From: Macrostomum lignano
Taxonomy: Eukaryota
DNA: 64,000 nucleotides
Assembly (NCBI GenBank): GCA_002269645.1
Contig: NIVC01000046.1
Span: 1 to 64,000, forward strand
Direction: 5' to 3'
Shown here: positions 22,456-34,226 of the stretch, piece after piece
Layout: each line of letters opens with the position of its first letter
Numbering within the stretch: the first letter of the stretch is position 1
Made by a program: the position numbers and the translations under genes
Notes under the pieces: generated by a model
What the model was told of the DNA's origin: nothing
Databases searched by the model: none
The model's input: only the letters and a program-made list of their open reading frames with translations

Positions 22456-23888
22456 TCAAGCCGCTGCATCAAGTCTCTCCAGCTTCCGCCTGACCCAGCC
22501 GATCTTCTCCTCGTCCTGCGTCTCCATGGCGACGCGTCTCTCTTCCTCGATCATCTCCATCTGCTGCAGGCTGAGCTCCACGTGCTCGCGGCAGTCGCTG
22601 TAGTGAGCCAGAGTGAGCAGCTCCTCCAAGTCCGGGTCTCCAAGCAGCTGTTCAATCCAATGATCGAATGCGATTGCAGGTGCGCGATTGTGGAGCAGCT
22701 CAGCTTGGAGACTCCAGCTCAGGCAGCGGAAGTTCACGTGCAGGTGGGGCTGCGAGAGAGACTGCGACAGTCTGGCTGTGAACAGAGTCTGCGTGAACTT
22801 GGGAAGGAATGGGAAACGAGGCGGAGAGTCGCATGGGAGGCAGAACCTCCACGCCCAGTCAGAGTCTTCTGGCAGCTTTATCTCACTAAACTGGTATCTA
22901 CCCTTATCTCGAATATCCAATGGCTTCAACCCCGACTCAACCTGATGTCCCCGCAGCTTCATCGTGAGTCTCTCAGCCTCCTTAAAGTCTCTGAACTTCC
23001 AATGCGCCATGGCGGTCATGCACAGGGCGGCGCACTTGCACCACTTCAGCTTACGAAGGAGACTGAGCTGCCTCATCAGGGTGTCTCTGTCGCTCGATTC
23101 CGACTGCAGCTCGCTCACACACTGGTGCACCACACTGTACACGTCTGCGAACTTGTAGTACCTAGCTGGATAGTCACGTCCTTTCCTGATCTTCGTGACA
23201 GCAGGCGGCGCTGTCAGAGGCAGCAGAGTGAACGGGTGAAAGTAGAACTTCTCTGACTGCAGAGGTCTCACGAGACTCCTCAGCTGCTCGACCACTCCGC
23301 CGATGTCGCTTCTCAGCTCACAAAGTCGGTCTCGAACCCTCGCCTTTGTGTTGTCGAAGTCGCCGCCGATTCCAGCATTCTTGAAGTAGAGCGGAGCGTC
23401 TGGCATGAAGAAGTGCGGCATGCACTCATCGGGCGAGCTGCTCGAGTCGATGAAGCTCAGCATCATGTCGAGAGACTCCTTTAGCAGAGCGATCAGATTG
23501 TGGGGCTGCCAAGCCTCAGTTTCAAGATATTTGCCATGCTTCTCCAGCATTGTGAAGAGCAGAGTCTTTGCATGGTAGGTCTTGAGTCCATGTGTGTCCA
23601 GAGTGAGCGGCAAGTGTCTCTTGAAGATGAACTTGATGAGTGTGAACAGCTGGCCCTGGACTGTGCTCAGCTGTCTCATGATGTGTTTCTCTTGGAAGCT
23701 AAAGCTCACTCTGAGCTCGTTGGTCGAGCTCGGTCTGGTCGCCCGAACGAGGTGAACTGGAATATATGTGTCTTCAATCAGTTTTCTAATTCTGTCCTCA
23801 CAGAAACTGCTGCAGCACTCGATCGCATGGCACGTGTCCTGTGCAGGCCGCACACCGCACGCAGTGGCTCTCACTGCAGGTTGGTTGC
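22456..23888 (-). CDS. ANK-cGLR paralog B exon 4: Mab-21/cGAS-like C-lobe plus ~270-aa helical extension
   Basis: Acceptor CCCTGCAG|GC in phase 1. Motifs QDTCHAIEC, ELRVSFSFQEK, LKTYHAKTLLF and CMPHFFMP match Mab-21/cGAS family signatures; open to TGA. Confidence 0.9.
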
Positions 23889-24381
23889 CTGCAGGGCGCA
23901 GTGAGCGGAGAGTCGCTTTGTGGCGAGTGAAAAAGGATGGGTTGGTTTGAATCCAATGAAATATTATTTAAAACAACAATATTTTCTCTCGGCTGCTAGA
24001 TAATTCTGATGATTCGACAGTAAAATTAAATTTACTCTTCTTTCAAACCTAAAAGGCTAAAAGGTAGAAGTTTCCACCTAATTTTCATATTTTTAAGGCA
24101 TGCAATTATGAAAAATATTGAATTGGACTTAAAGACTTGATAAGAAAACTTAAGACAAGCGCTTAGTTTCAAAGCTCTGTCATTCATTCGACCATAATAA
24201 AGATCGCTTAACACCTGTTTAGATAAGTAACTATTCGTACTTTTGTTACCCCCAATGAAAAGAGAAAATACAAATGAGGTGACAAAATCAAACAGTGGAA
24301 CGAAAGAACAATAAGAGCAAACAGCTACGGCAGATGCAATAACAGAACTGTCCGCACCAGTCTCGGTCTCTCACTCAGTGC

Positions 24382-25146
24382 TCACACCAAAGAAGTCCTG
24401 GGCGCGACCTGGTGGGTCACCGGCTGCTGGCGGAGCTGCTCAGAGTTGGGTTGCTGGGTTTCAAACCGCCTGCACAGCCGGTTCACGTGCACCCAGCGAA
24501 TCGGCCGGCTGCCGAAGGCGCGGCGGATGCACACAGAGTGGCCGCGCTGCTCAAGCACTGTCCAGCCCGGCTCCAAATAGGGCGCCAGCTTCGAGCGCCG
24601 CATCTCAATGCTCAGCAGCACCTCGGCGCCTTGGAGAAACTGCAACAGATCTGACGCCTTCTTGTCGTGAGCCGCCTTCTGCTGCTGCCCGGCGGCTACC
24701 AGATTCTCCTTGACGAACTCGCGAATCCGGGCCAGCCGCCACCCCAGTAGTGCCAAGTAGGTGCTGGTGCTGCTCTTCACCTTCGGCGGGAGCGCCGGGT
24801 CGTAGCCGGTCATCACCGTCAGCGGTGCCACCTTGGTTGAGCTGTGGACCCTGGAGTTGTAGGACAGGACCACCAGCGGCAGCTGCTCCTCCCAGCTGGA
24901 ATCGGTATCGGCGAGCAGCCTCAACAGCTGCAGCAGCGACTTGTTGCCGAGCTGCACCAGTCCATTTCCCTGTGGATGGTACGGCGTGGTGCGCGTCTTC
25001 CTGATGCCCAGTGCTCGCAGCGTCTCCTGGAACAGCTCGCTATCCAAGTTCGCGCCCTGGTCCGAGTGGATGATAGATGGGACTTCAAGCAGGGAGAAGA
25101 CCTTCACTGCAGCGTCCGCGATGGTCTTGGCGGTCTGATCTGACAT
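24382..25146 (-). mobile_element. Gypsy integrase fragment in intron 3 of paralog B
   Basis: IIHSDQGANLDS and RTTPYHPQGNGL motifs; no upstream pol or LTRs. Confidence 0.85.
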
Positions 25147-25771
25147 CGGCCCGGCGGTCAGGAACTTGGAGAACTGGTCCTGGTAGCTGTTGCCATTGCA
25201 AGCAAGATTTTCATTTTTAGTAAATTGGAAGTCGTGTCATCAGTTGTGAGGGAGCGCACCTGTTTGCCACTTACGATTTATTTGCCTCGTATTTATACAC
25301 TAGCTGAGTATACACATGCTATTGTACATATGTACATTGTACATATACGTATGTTAGCCTTTAAATCTTTAGCTGGTATTCAATAGATTTTTGGCTGCTT
25401 GATGAGACGCAACAAAATTTTGGCGCCCTCTGAAGAGCCGAATAAATACCTCTGCACCCACCGAGTTTGCCCTCAGCTGCTCTGGCTTAATCAGGTTGTA
25501 GCTGAGCACAGCTGCTCAAGCATCATCAGGACTCAGTGCCCCGCAGCAAGGCACCAATCAGGCAGTCAGGGCGGCTTCGGTTTATTTTGTTTGAAATTTC
25601 CAATTGAGAGCAGCAGCACCTCAGCAGAGCTATGGTGTGGGTCACCCAAATACCGCTGCACCCACTCTGCTGCAATCGGAGCCTGTGAATTCAAAACCCA
25701 ATAGCCCGGCTCAGCCAGTCGGCATCAGAGTTTTCCTTTCAATTTCGCCTGCCGCTGGTTTCATTCGTTCA

Positions 25772-27506
25772 CTCAGTCAGTTGGCAGGGCGCGTTGCACT
25801 TTGAGGCTGGCTAGGGGGTTTGGCGGGCGTGGCAGGGTCTGGCTGCCGGTCGTGCTTTGCGCGTGCCCCTCTCCAGCCGTGCCCCTGCCCCGTGCTCAGT
25901 GCTGGTTGGCTGCGGCCGGGCCAGCTTTGTCGCGGGTGCAGCCCCTCCCTTCCTAGGCGGGGTTTTGATTGGCTGGCCGGCGCGGCCAGTCTTTATTTTG
26001 TTGTGTCATGAATGTGTTATGACAGTGTGCTCTTTGCTAAGTTGCTGCACCGGGCCAGTGGGCCGTCCTCTCCCCCCCTCCTTAGATATTTTCTGACTCA
26101 CCCACCTGCACTTCTGCGCGTGCGTACCCTCCCCCCCTCTCTGCCTAGGCCTTGTCTGTTGTTCAACCCCCATTCTCTGCGTGCGACCCCCCCATTCTTT
26201 GCGTGCGACCCCGCCCCATTCTTTTGTTAGCTTTGCTGCCCCGCCCCTGTTTGTGATTGGCTGCCAGTCCCAGTCTGCCGTGCTGCGCCCCGGCGATTGG
26301 CTGGTACAGCTCATGTGTTGCCTTGGCTGATGTCTAAGCCCCCTTTTCTGCCTTTATCCTGCGCCCTCAACCCCAGTTTGCTGCCTATTTATTCGGACCC
26401 CCTTGGGACCCCATTCTTGTCGTCTTCGTGGCTCCTCGGCGATTGTGCAAGCGTTGGTTGCTGAATTGCTATTCCTCGCAGAATTGCTAGACAAATATAT
26501 AAGTAAAGAATATCGAGATCACTACTGCTCTGACGGCGCTGTTTCTTGTACAACTGAAATCGCGGCTGGTAAGCCTTCCAATTTGTACGTCATTTGGGTC
26601 TGCATCTGTACTAGGCACCTTAGAGGGATTAAGTGCGTCGTACGCCGGTCCCACCCCAAGCAGCTCTGCGTCGTACGCGAGTCTGTAGGCTGTCGAGCGT
26701 CGTACGCTCGAGCAGCCTAGTCCCGACGGACACCGCGTCGTACGCGTGTCAGTGGAGGACCGCAGCCGGGGTCAGTACACGAACCCTGGTCTGGAAAAGG
26801 GGCACGAAAGGACCGAGCCCTTGAGCCCCAACATCACAGTTGGGGTTGTTTGTTTGTTTTTGTGGGCTTAGCCGGTGAGGCCATCGGCCCCAGGGTTTGG
26901 TTGTTATTTATAGTGCGGCTCTGGGTCTTGCCCACGCCCTTCGTGCTGTTTGCGCTTTTGTGTTTTGGTGTGCTCCGAGAGTGCAAGCGCGAGAATTGAC
27001 GTAATAAACAGCAACACTAGCTACTACGATAAACGAAACATAAGAGCCTTAGTGAGAAGAGTCTTTGAGAATTGAGAAGTCAGAAACCAGTCAAGAAGTC
27101 AAGTCAAGAAGTCAAGACCAACGAGCAAATCAATAAACGTACGAACGGCGATTTGGCCACTGGTAAGCCGCCTGCTGCTTGAGTTCATTCTTTTCTGGGG
27201 AGCTTGTTAGGTAGAGTTCTTGCCAGAGCGTCATAACGCCGGAGATCATATAGCTTCTTGTAGTACTGTACCGGCTACTCTATACAGTTTGTACAACCTA
27301 CAGTATCGAGACTAGAAGCACTCGAGAGTGTCACCACACCTCGAGCCGCAGCGTGAACTCTGAGTGTCAGAACACCAAATGGATCGAATTACTTTCGAAG
27401 AGCGTCATCACGTCTGCTCGTATCCAAAAAAGTACAGACAGAGCGTCACAATATACATCACAATATATAATATCACGTATATTACATATTGTACTCGGGA
27501 CTGGAC
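25772..27506. mobile_element. Unclassified ~1.7-kb insertion specific to intron 3 of paralog B
   Basis: Interrupts an intronic block (..GCCTGCCGCT.GTTTCA / CACCCAAACCGAC..) that is contiguous in paralogs A and C. LTR-like composition; termini unresolved. Confidence 0.5.
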
Positions 27507-27654
27507 ACCCAAACCGACCCAGGTTAAGACAAAGTCACAGAAGCTGCTGGAAGCTGGGCACCACTCGGTTGCGAATTTATATTTGAGCAAAGTTAATGGG
27601 CTTCCAGTTGCATGCGGATCTCAGCATTCTGATGATGAACCCAGCCTCACTCAC

Positions 27655-28025
27655 CTGCTCCCACTGCCACCTGTGCGTGGCCCTCCGTGACCTGCAGCCA
27701 AGTGGCGTTTCGGCAGGATCCAGATCTTCCTTTGCAGCCACCTTCCAGATGAAACTCCTGCCCAGCAACCAGCACAGTCCAGTCAATGTCCGAGTCTGCA
27801 GCTGTCCTGCCGTTCACTTGCACCAGACTGTTGGCCCAGCCCTCTGCGTAGCTGCCCGTCATCTGCCTGCGATCGCCTTCCTGTGTGAGGACTCGAACGA
27901 CTTGTTGCAGCCAGTCAGCCAGTCTCTGCTGACACTCTGCTCTCTGCTCGGTGAATCCCGCATCGCTGAGCAGTCGATGCAGCTCCTCGCTCAGGCGCCT
28001 GTCTTGCTGGGAGTCGTCTGAGAGC
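27655..28025 (-). CDS. ANK-cGLR paralog B exon 3: nucleotidyltransferase active-site exon
   Basis: Acceptor TCATTCCAG|G (phase 2), donor GCAG|GTGAGT (phase 1); MTGSYAEG...DSDIDWTVLV. Confidence 0.9.
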
Positions 28026-28226
28026 CTGGAATGATCCGAGATGCGTGTGGGTGAATTGCTCAGAGTTGGATGGTCAGAACAAGCAGGAGAGCTGAGAGTG
28101 CAGCTGCTGCAGCACTCAGTCCAACCCAATCTTAACCCTGCTGAGTTTCGCTGCAATTTCTGCCCCAAGCTGCCAGCCTGTTAGAAGGCGCAATGCGGCA
28201 GTGAAAGCCGAACCGGTCAGACTCAC

Positions 28227-28280
28227 CGATGGAGGCGCGAATCCAAGCCGTGAGCGGCTTCCTGCCGGGCCTCTGGGGTT
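28227..28280 (-). CDS. ANK-cGLR paralog B exon 2 (54-nt linker)
   Basis: CATTGCAG|...|GTGAGT, frame-preserving; exactly 54 nt in all three paralogs. Confidence 0.65.
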
Positions 28281-29351
28281 CTGCAATGCGGGAAGGAAAG
28301 CCAGGGTTCTCACAGCAGTGAGGATTTACAATGTTTTTTGTGCCACACATTTTTGATTGAGTTAAAAATTCATCTTCATCTGCAGCTTCATCAATTTTCA
28401 ACGCTCTTTAAGGTAGAAGTATCAATGAGCAAGAGAGAGAGTCGAGCCAAGAGCGAGTGAATTCCACAGATTGAAGGAGAAGCTCGCTTGCTGGACCGGA
28501 GATTTGAGACTTTAGTTTTAGTATATTGGATGCTTGATGATTTAAAAATATCAAACCGGCTGCGGTCTGCCGTGGACTGCACCTGAGCAAACTGATGCCC
28601 ATCTTTTTCTCCTCTTCTTTACTGTGCTCGCCATTTTGCCACGTAGCACTTGCTAAGCCAAGAATTATTGCACTTTGATGTAATCGCCCTTGATGACCGT
28701 CCGCTTCGCACGGAGGAGCAATGACCGTAGGCTGCCTATGACCGGGCAATGACCTGAAGGACCTTTGCCCTGAATGACCTGAAGGACCTCGAAACCAGAG
28801 GGCCGAGGACCCACATGGGCCCCACCTGCAGCCAAGGTGCAATAATTGGCGTGACCGAGTGGCTGCCACCACTCTATATGACCGGGCTCACCTGGATCTA
28901 TGACCAGACCTTATCAGGCTAGAGCCCTGTCTGGATTGGTTACCAGAGGATTTAAGCTAACAGGGGAGGCGCATGCAACCGAGTACAGGGACTTTGCTTT
29001 GGGCACAATCGGGAACTCTGGGATCAATCTGGAGGATTTCTCAGCAGGGGATCCTTTGTGGCTGTGAATGAGGCGGACTTCCGGCTTCAATTACTAAGAG
29101 TAGTGTTAGCTTAATATGTGCTAGCTAAAGTTCAGATTGCTCAGGGCGAAGGGATGGGGTTGCAACCTCCCTGCTGCCATTCTGTGCCACAAATCGCTAA
29201 TTCCCTCTACTGACACACACGGACCCGCAGCACGCACACACAGGCGGGCGTTTCACAGGGAGAGGCCATTGGCTTACCCAAACTTCCTTATGTTTTTTCA
29301 CCCAGGGAGAAAGGCTCAGCAACTCATGAGTGAAATGGTGGTGAAAGAGTG

Positions 29352-32300
29352 TGAGATGCCGGGCGTGTTTTGATGTACTGCACTGCACCTGACTCACCTG
29401 AGTCCAATAATGAGCAACTCTAACTAGCCAGCCGGCCTAACTAACCAAACCGGCCAACTCCGGTGTACGCTGCTCTGCGTACTTTCTCTCTCTCTCCCCC
29501 TTGACATGATAATATTCAGTAGTGATCGATTCTGAGTTTTAAGCCCACTTACTTGTTTGTCTTTTAAGCCTATATATTGGTCTCGCCACCTTCCACCTCG
29601 TATCTCACATACTTTGCAATAATTCGCTCATCTCAAATACACAACTTCGTACTTGACACAAACCAAGCCCACGGGCGGCCTTGTCATCGTTTACTGGGCG
29701 CGACTTGACAATGGCGTCGCAAGCAAACAACTCCGAACTAAACTTGGATGACCCAGACACAGCCGAAGCCTGGCTGCTCAGCTTTGCGGCTGCCGCACGA
29801 ACCAAGAAACTGACGGACACAGAAGAAGATCGGCAGATCACCGATCTATTCCTCGCCAGGGCAGGTCTCAAGGCACTGAGAACGCTGTCCCTCATGGCTG
29901 CCCCGGCCAGCCTGGAGAAAAAAACATTTGCACAAATTCGAGACATCATCAAGGAGACAATCCGGCCCAAGAAGCGCCTCGATATTGCCGAACGAGCAAA
30001 ATTCCTCGCCCTCAGGCAGGACCCAAGCGAAAGTGTCGCCTCCTACTACCGCCGACTCCGTGCAGCAGCGGCTACGTGTAGCTTTGAGAAGCTCGGGACG
30101 AAACAGTCAAGCGAGGACGAGCTCATCACCATGCGGCTCGTGGACGGACTCGCCTCTGTGGACCACAAGCATAGACTGTTGGAGAGAATGCAAGCTACCG
30201 ACATGCTGCTGAACGAGGTGCTGCAAACACTTGAGCAACTTGAGCAAATCCGCTGCTACAACACCAGCACCGGGGCCGCTGCCAACACCGAGGCCAGCAT
30301 CGCCTATGCAGGGCGGCGCGGCACGCCCCCACAGCCAGCGCCGGACACCAGACCACCGAGGAACATCAGCAAGACGAAGTGCCAATATTGCGGCGGTTTG
30401 CACCAGCAAGGCGCATGCCCTGCGTTCGGCAAGCGGTGCACCGCCTGCAACAAGAAAAACCACTTTGCAGCCGTATGCAGGTCCCGCACCGTGCATCTAG
30501 AGACCTGGGAGGAGAACGAAGGCGCCGAGATGGAGCGAGACACCGCCAACGTCTTCGTCATCAGACCGGAGCGCAGAGAGCGGAACGGCATCTTCCGGCA
30601 GGTCAAAATCAACGGCAAGGAGCTGCAAATGCAGGTAGATACGGGCGCTGATGTGAGTCTCATTCCACGGGGCCACTGGGAGACACTTGGATGCCCAGCA
30701 CTGAGGAAATCCAGACGAATTCTGAGACAGTTCGACGGATCGATCATAAGAACCCTGGGAGAGTTCACTGCCACGTGGGATGACCAAGAAAAGTTCCGCA
30801 CAGTCGACTTGGTGGTCACAGCAGCGCGCAAGTCACATGGACTGCTGGGTCTTGACAATCTGGATTGGAACCCCGAAGGCCAGGCAGCCAGTGCTCAGGA
30901 TTCCGTAGTTCAACATCTCGATTGTCTGAAGGGTTTCCAGGCCAGGATCAAGCTGATTGAGGGTGCCAAGCCTTTCTACTGCGCAGCCAGAGCAGTGCCG
31001 CTGCACCTGCGTGACCGCGTCAATCAGGAGCTAAAGCGTCTCGTGACTGAGGGCATCATCGAGCCGGTGACGGAAGGCGGCAGCGAATGGGCGTCCCCGA
31101 TCGTCTGCGTCCTAAAACCTAATGGCAATGTCAGAATTTGCGCCGACTACAAAGCGGGGGTCAACCATCAGGTGTGCGGGGACACCTACCCCATGCCAAC
31201 CGTCGAAACGATCTTCTCGGACGTGGCCGAAATGACTGACTTTGCCACTCTCGACCTATCTGACGCCTACTTACAGATCGAGCTCGAGGAGAAGAGCAGG
31301 GAGGTCACCACGATTGCAACTCCTTTAGGGCTGTTCCGCTACACCCGACTAGTGCCTGGCCTTAAGTCAGCATCCGCCATCTTTCAAAAAGCAATGGAGA
31401 CCACCCTCGAGGACGTAAGCGGCAAGGTCATTTATCAAGACGACATCCTTATCGGAGGTCAATCTGCCGAGGGTCTCAAGGCCAAAGTTGATGAGGTAAT
31501 CAAGACCCTACAGGCGGCCGGCATGAATATAAATCTCGCCAAATCCAACCTGGGGGCCAAGTCAGTCAAGTTCCTGGGCTACAGAATCAGCGCAGACGGA
31601 ATCTCGCCAGACCCCGGCCTGGTCAGCAAAATCATGGAGATCTCCGCGCCACGCGACCGTCGCCAGTTAGAGTCGTTCCTTGGTCTCTGCAATTTCTTCG
31701 GAAGGTTTGTCAACAACTATGCGCACGTTGTCGAGCCTTTGAACCAGCTGCGCAAGAAGGGAGCGGAGTTTGTGTGGGGAGCTGCGCAAGAAGCGGCCTT
31801 CCACCAGCTGAAGAAGCTGCTGAGCTCCGGCCCGATCATCCAGCCTTATGACCGAGCCAAAGAGACAACGCTGACGACAGATGCCAGTGAAAAGGCGGTG
31901 GCCGCCGTGCTCACGCAGGAAGGGCACCCCGTCATCTACTTCAGCCGGCGATTGACACAGGCGGAGGCGCGCTACTCCAACATCGAGCGGGAGGCTCTGG
32001 CGATTGTTTGGGCGATGGAGAGGGCTCGACAATTCCTTCTAGGCAAGCGTTTCACACTGCGAACGGACCACCGCCCTCTAGAGTTCCTGTTTGGAACAAG
32101 ACAACAACTCCCCAAGGTCGCCAACGCTCGACTGCTGCGCTGGGCCATCCGCCTCATGGGGTTCGACTTCGCAATTGAGTACGTCCGAGGAGCCCAAATT
32201 CCGCACGCCGATGCGCTCTCCCGGCTCGACTTTGCCGACGTTCCGGACGACCAGTCTGAAGCTGCGACTCACCACCAGCACCTGGTGCATTGGGCTGGTG

Positions 32301-33894
32301 AAAGCGTCATTGGTTGGAATGAGCTAGCAGAGGAGACAAAACGTGACAGGCTGCTAGCAGATGTCATGCGCAGGATAGCCGGAAATCGCTGGTCGGGCTG
32401 CTCCCCTGCAGAGCGGCCCTTCAAGGCAATTCGTCACGCGCTTACAATAGACGACTCGGTAGTGTGCTACGGAGACCGGCCAGTCATTCCCTCGTCTTTG
32501 CGAAGCCGCGTCCTGGAGTTGGTACACAGCGGGGCGCACCCCGGTGCCTCGAGCACACGAGCGCTGGTCCGCAACTCCGTCTGGTGGCCAGGCTACTGCG
32601 GCGACGTGGAAGGATTCGTCCGTGCCTGCCACACCTGCGCCAAGCAACGCCAAAGCGGCCACAGCAGCGTCCATCAATGGCCGGCCGACTCTGAACCCTG
32701 GGGACGCGTCCACATGGACCACGCTCACGTCCCAAAGGTCGGGCTCCTGCTGGTCCTGGTCGACGCCATGTCCGCCTGGCCGGAGGCCATCCGAGTGCCG
32801 GACAAGAGCGCCGCGACCGTCAGGAAGGTCCTCCAGGAGGTCTTCGCCCGCAATGGAGTTCCACGAACCCTGGTGAGTGACAATGCTGCTGAATTTCATG
32901 ATGAAGGGTTGGTGAGTTGGCTGAGCAGAATTGGCTGCCGCGCTGTGAAAACTCCGCCATACCACCCCCAGTCGAACGGCCTGGCTGAGCGCATGGTGCA
33001 GACGATCAAGGTGGCCTCGGCGGGCTGGGACCAGCAGGAGTCGTACGACGCGTTCCTCGCGCGGATTCTGCTAAACTACCGATGCGTGCCGCATGCCGGA
33101 AGAGAGTTCAGTCCAGCGCAGCTGATGGGCAGGCAGCTGCGGAACCCCATCACCATGAGAACAGCAATCCGGTCCGAGGTGTGGTACGCCCCAAGGAGAG
33201 GCGCGATCCCGGAGAAGGCAGAATTCCTAGCGCAGAAGGGATCCAACACGGCGCTGATCATGCGACAAGGCAACAGAGTCACACTCGCCCACCTTGACCA
33301 ACTTCGGCGACACGAGCCTGACAACACTGAAGGCGACGCGACTGCGACAACCGACCTGAACGGCGACCTCCGCTCCGAGGGGGCGGCGAAGCCCGCCGAC
33401 CTGCCAACAGTGACGCCCGGCAGCGACGGACCTCCGGTCTCGGCCACGTCAGAGCAGGTGGAGAACCAGCCGGCGGCGAGCTCAGTCCCGAGTATTCCCG
33501 AGTCCGGTGGCCACAACAGCTTAGCGGAGAGCAGAGCCGGAACTGACAGGGCGACTACGGCTCAGAGACCGAGCTACAACCTCCGAGCGAATCGAGGCGT
33601 GCCCCCATTGCGATTCGAAGGGGGGAGATGAGGTGTCGGGCGTGTTTTGATGTACTGCACTGCACCTGACTCACCTGAGTCCAATAATGAGTAACTCTAA
33701 CTAGCCAGCCGGCCTAACTAACCAAACCGGCCAACTCCGGTGTACGCTGCTCTGCGTACTTTCTCTCTCTCTCCCCCTTGACATGATAATATTCAGTAGT
33801 GATCGATTCTGAGTTTTAAGCCCACTTACTAGGGCGCGACTTGACAGACTTGGGCGCGACTTGTACTAGGGCGCGACTTGGGCGCGACTTGACA
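29352..33894 (+). mobile_element. Full-length Ty3/Gypsy (Mag-like) LTR retrotransposon, Gypsy-B
   Basis: 5' LTR 29352-29710, 3' LTR 33629-33894, TG...CA ends, 5-bp TSD GAGTG, PPT GAAGGGGGGAGA. Confidence 0.95.
29711..33631 (+). CDS. Gag-Pol polyprotein of Gypsy-B (intact single ORF)
   Basis: CCHC-type knuckles, protease DTGA, RT YQDD, RNase H TDAS, integrase HHCC and D-D-E core; no stops from ATG 29711. Confidence 0.95.
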   Translation: MASQANNSELNLDDPDTAEAWLLSFAAAARTKKLTDTEEDRQITDLFLARAGLKALRTLSLMAAPASLEKKTFAQIRDIIKETIRPKKRLDIAERAKFLALRQDPSESVASYYRRLRAAAATCSFEKLGTKQSSEDELITMRLVDGLASVDHKHRLLERMQATDMLLNEVLQTLEQLEQIRCYNTSTGAAANTEASIAYAGRRGTPPQPAPDTRPPRNISKTKCQYCGGLHQQGACPAFGKRCTACNKKNHFAAVCRSRTVHLETWEENEGAEMERDTANVFVIRPERRERNGIFRQVKINGKELQMQVDTGADVSLIPRGHWETLGCPALRKSRRILRQFDGSIIRTLGEFTATWDDQEKFRTVDLVVTAARKSHGLLGLDNLDWNPEGQAASAQDSVVQHLDCLKGFQARIKLIEGAKPFYCAARAVPLHLRDRVNQELKRLVTEGIIEPVTEGGSEWASPIVCVLKPNGNVRICADYKAGVNHQVCGDTYPMPTVETIFSDVAEMTDFATLDLSDAYLQIELEEKSREVTTIATPLGLFRYTRLVPGLKSASAIFQKAMETTLEDVSGKVIYQDDILIGGQSAEGLKAKVDEVIKTLQAAGMNINLAKSNLGAKSVKFLGYRISADGISPDPGLVSKIMEISAPRDRRQLESFLGLCNFFGRFVNNYAHVVEPLNQLRKKGAEFVWGAAQEAAFHQLKKLLSSGPIIQPYDRAKETTLTTDASEKAVAAVLTQEGHPVIYFSRRLTQAEARYSNIEREALAIVWAMERARQFLLGKRFTLRTDHRPLEFLFGTRQQLPKVANARLLRWAIRLMGFDFAIEYVRGAQIPHADALSRLDFADVPDDQSEAATHHQHLVHWAGESVIGWNELAEETKRDRLLADVMRRIAGNRWSGCSPAERPFKAIRHALTIDDSVVCYGDRPVIPSSLRSRVLELVHSGAHPGASSTRALVRNSVWWPGYCGDVEGFVRACHTCAKQRQSGHSSVHQWPADSEPWGRVHMDHAHVPKVGLLLVLVDAMSAWPEAIRVPDKSAATVRKVLQEVFARNGVPRTLVSDNAAEFHDEGLVSWLSRIGCRAVKTPPYHPQSNGLAERMVQTIKVASAGWDQQESYDAFLARILLNYRCVPHAGREFSPAQLMGRQLRNPITMRTAIRSEVWYAPRRGAIPEKAEFLAQKGSNTALIMRQGNRVTLAHLDQLRRHEPDNTEGDATATTDLNGDLRSEGAAKPADLPTVTPGSDGPPVSATSEQVENQPAASSVPSIPESGGHNSLAESRAGTDRATTAQRPSYNLRANRGVPPLRFEGGR

Positions 33895-34103
33895 GAGTGC
33901 CTAATAAGGAGTTTAGTAATTGTTAATAATTAGGCCCTTAGGCGAAATAAGCAGGCGATTCGGCGGCTTCACTATTGAGTAAAATGCAGCAAAGTACGGT
34001 ACACAATTGGCTCAGTTCTCTAATCAAGCAATGGAAATTAAGCAAACCCCGGATAAGCAAAGGCAATTAGAGTACAAATCAGTACACGAACTCACCGGCA
34101 GCT

Positions 34104-34226
<123 letters not shown>

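Noticed and set aside
22375-23256. Plus-strand ORFs opposite the Mab-21 exons (also 5350-5922, 23500-23904, 49931-50335) and opposite the ankyrin exons
   Set aside because: These are antisense shadows of GC-rich or repetitive coding sequence.
28135-28177. Extra small exon after the CTAACAG acceptor downstream of exon 2
   Set aside because: In the required phase it reaches a stop in B and C and has no conserved donor.
30107-33516. Multiple minus-strand and alternate-frame ORFs within Gypsy-B
   Set aside because: Shadow ORFs of gag-pol with no motifs.
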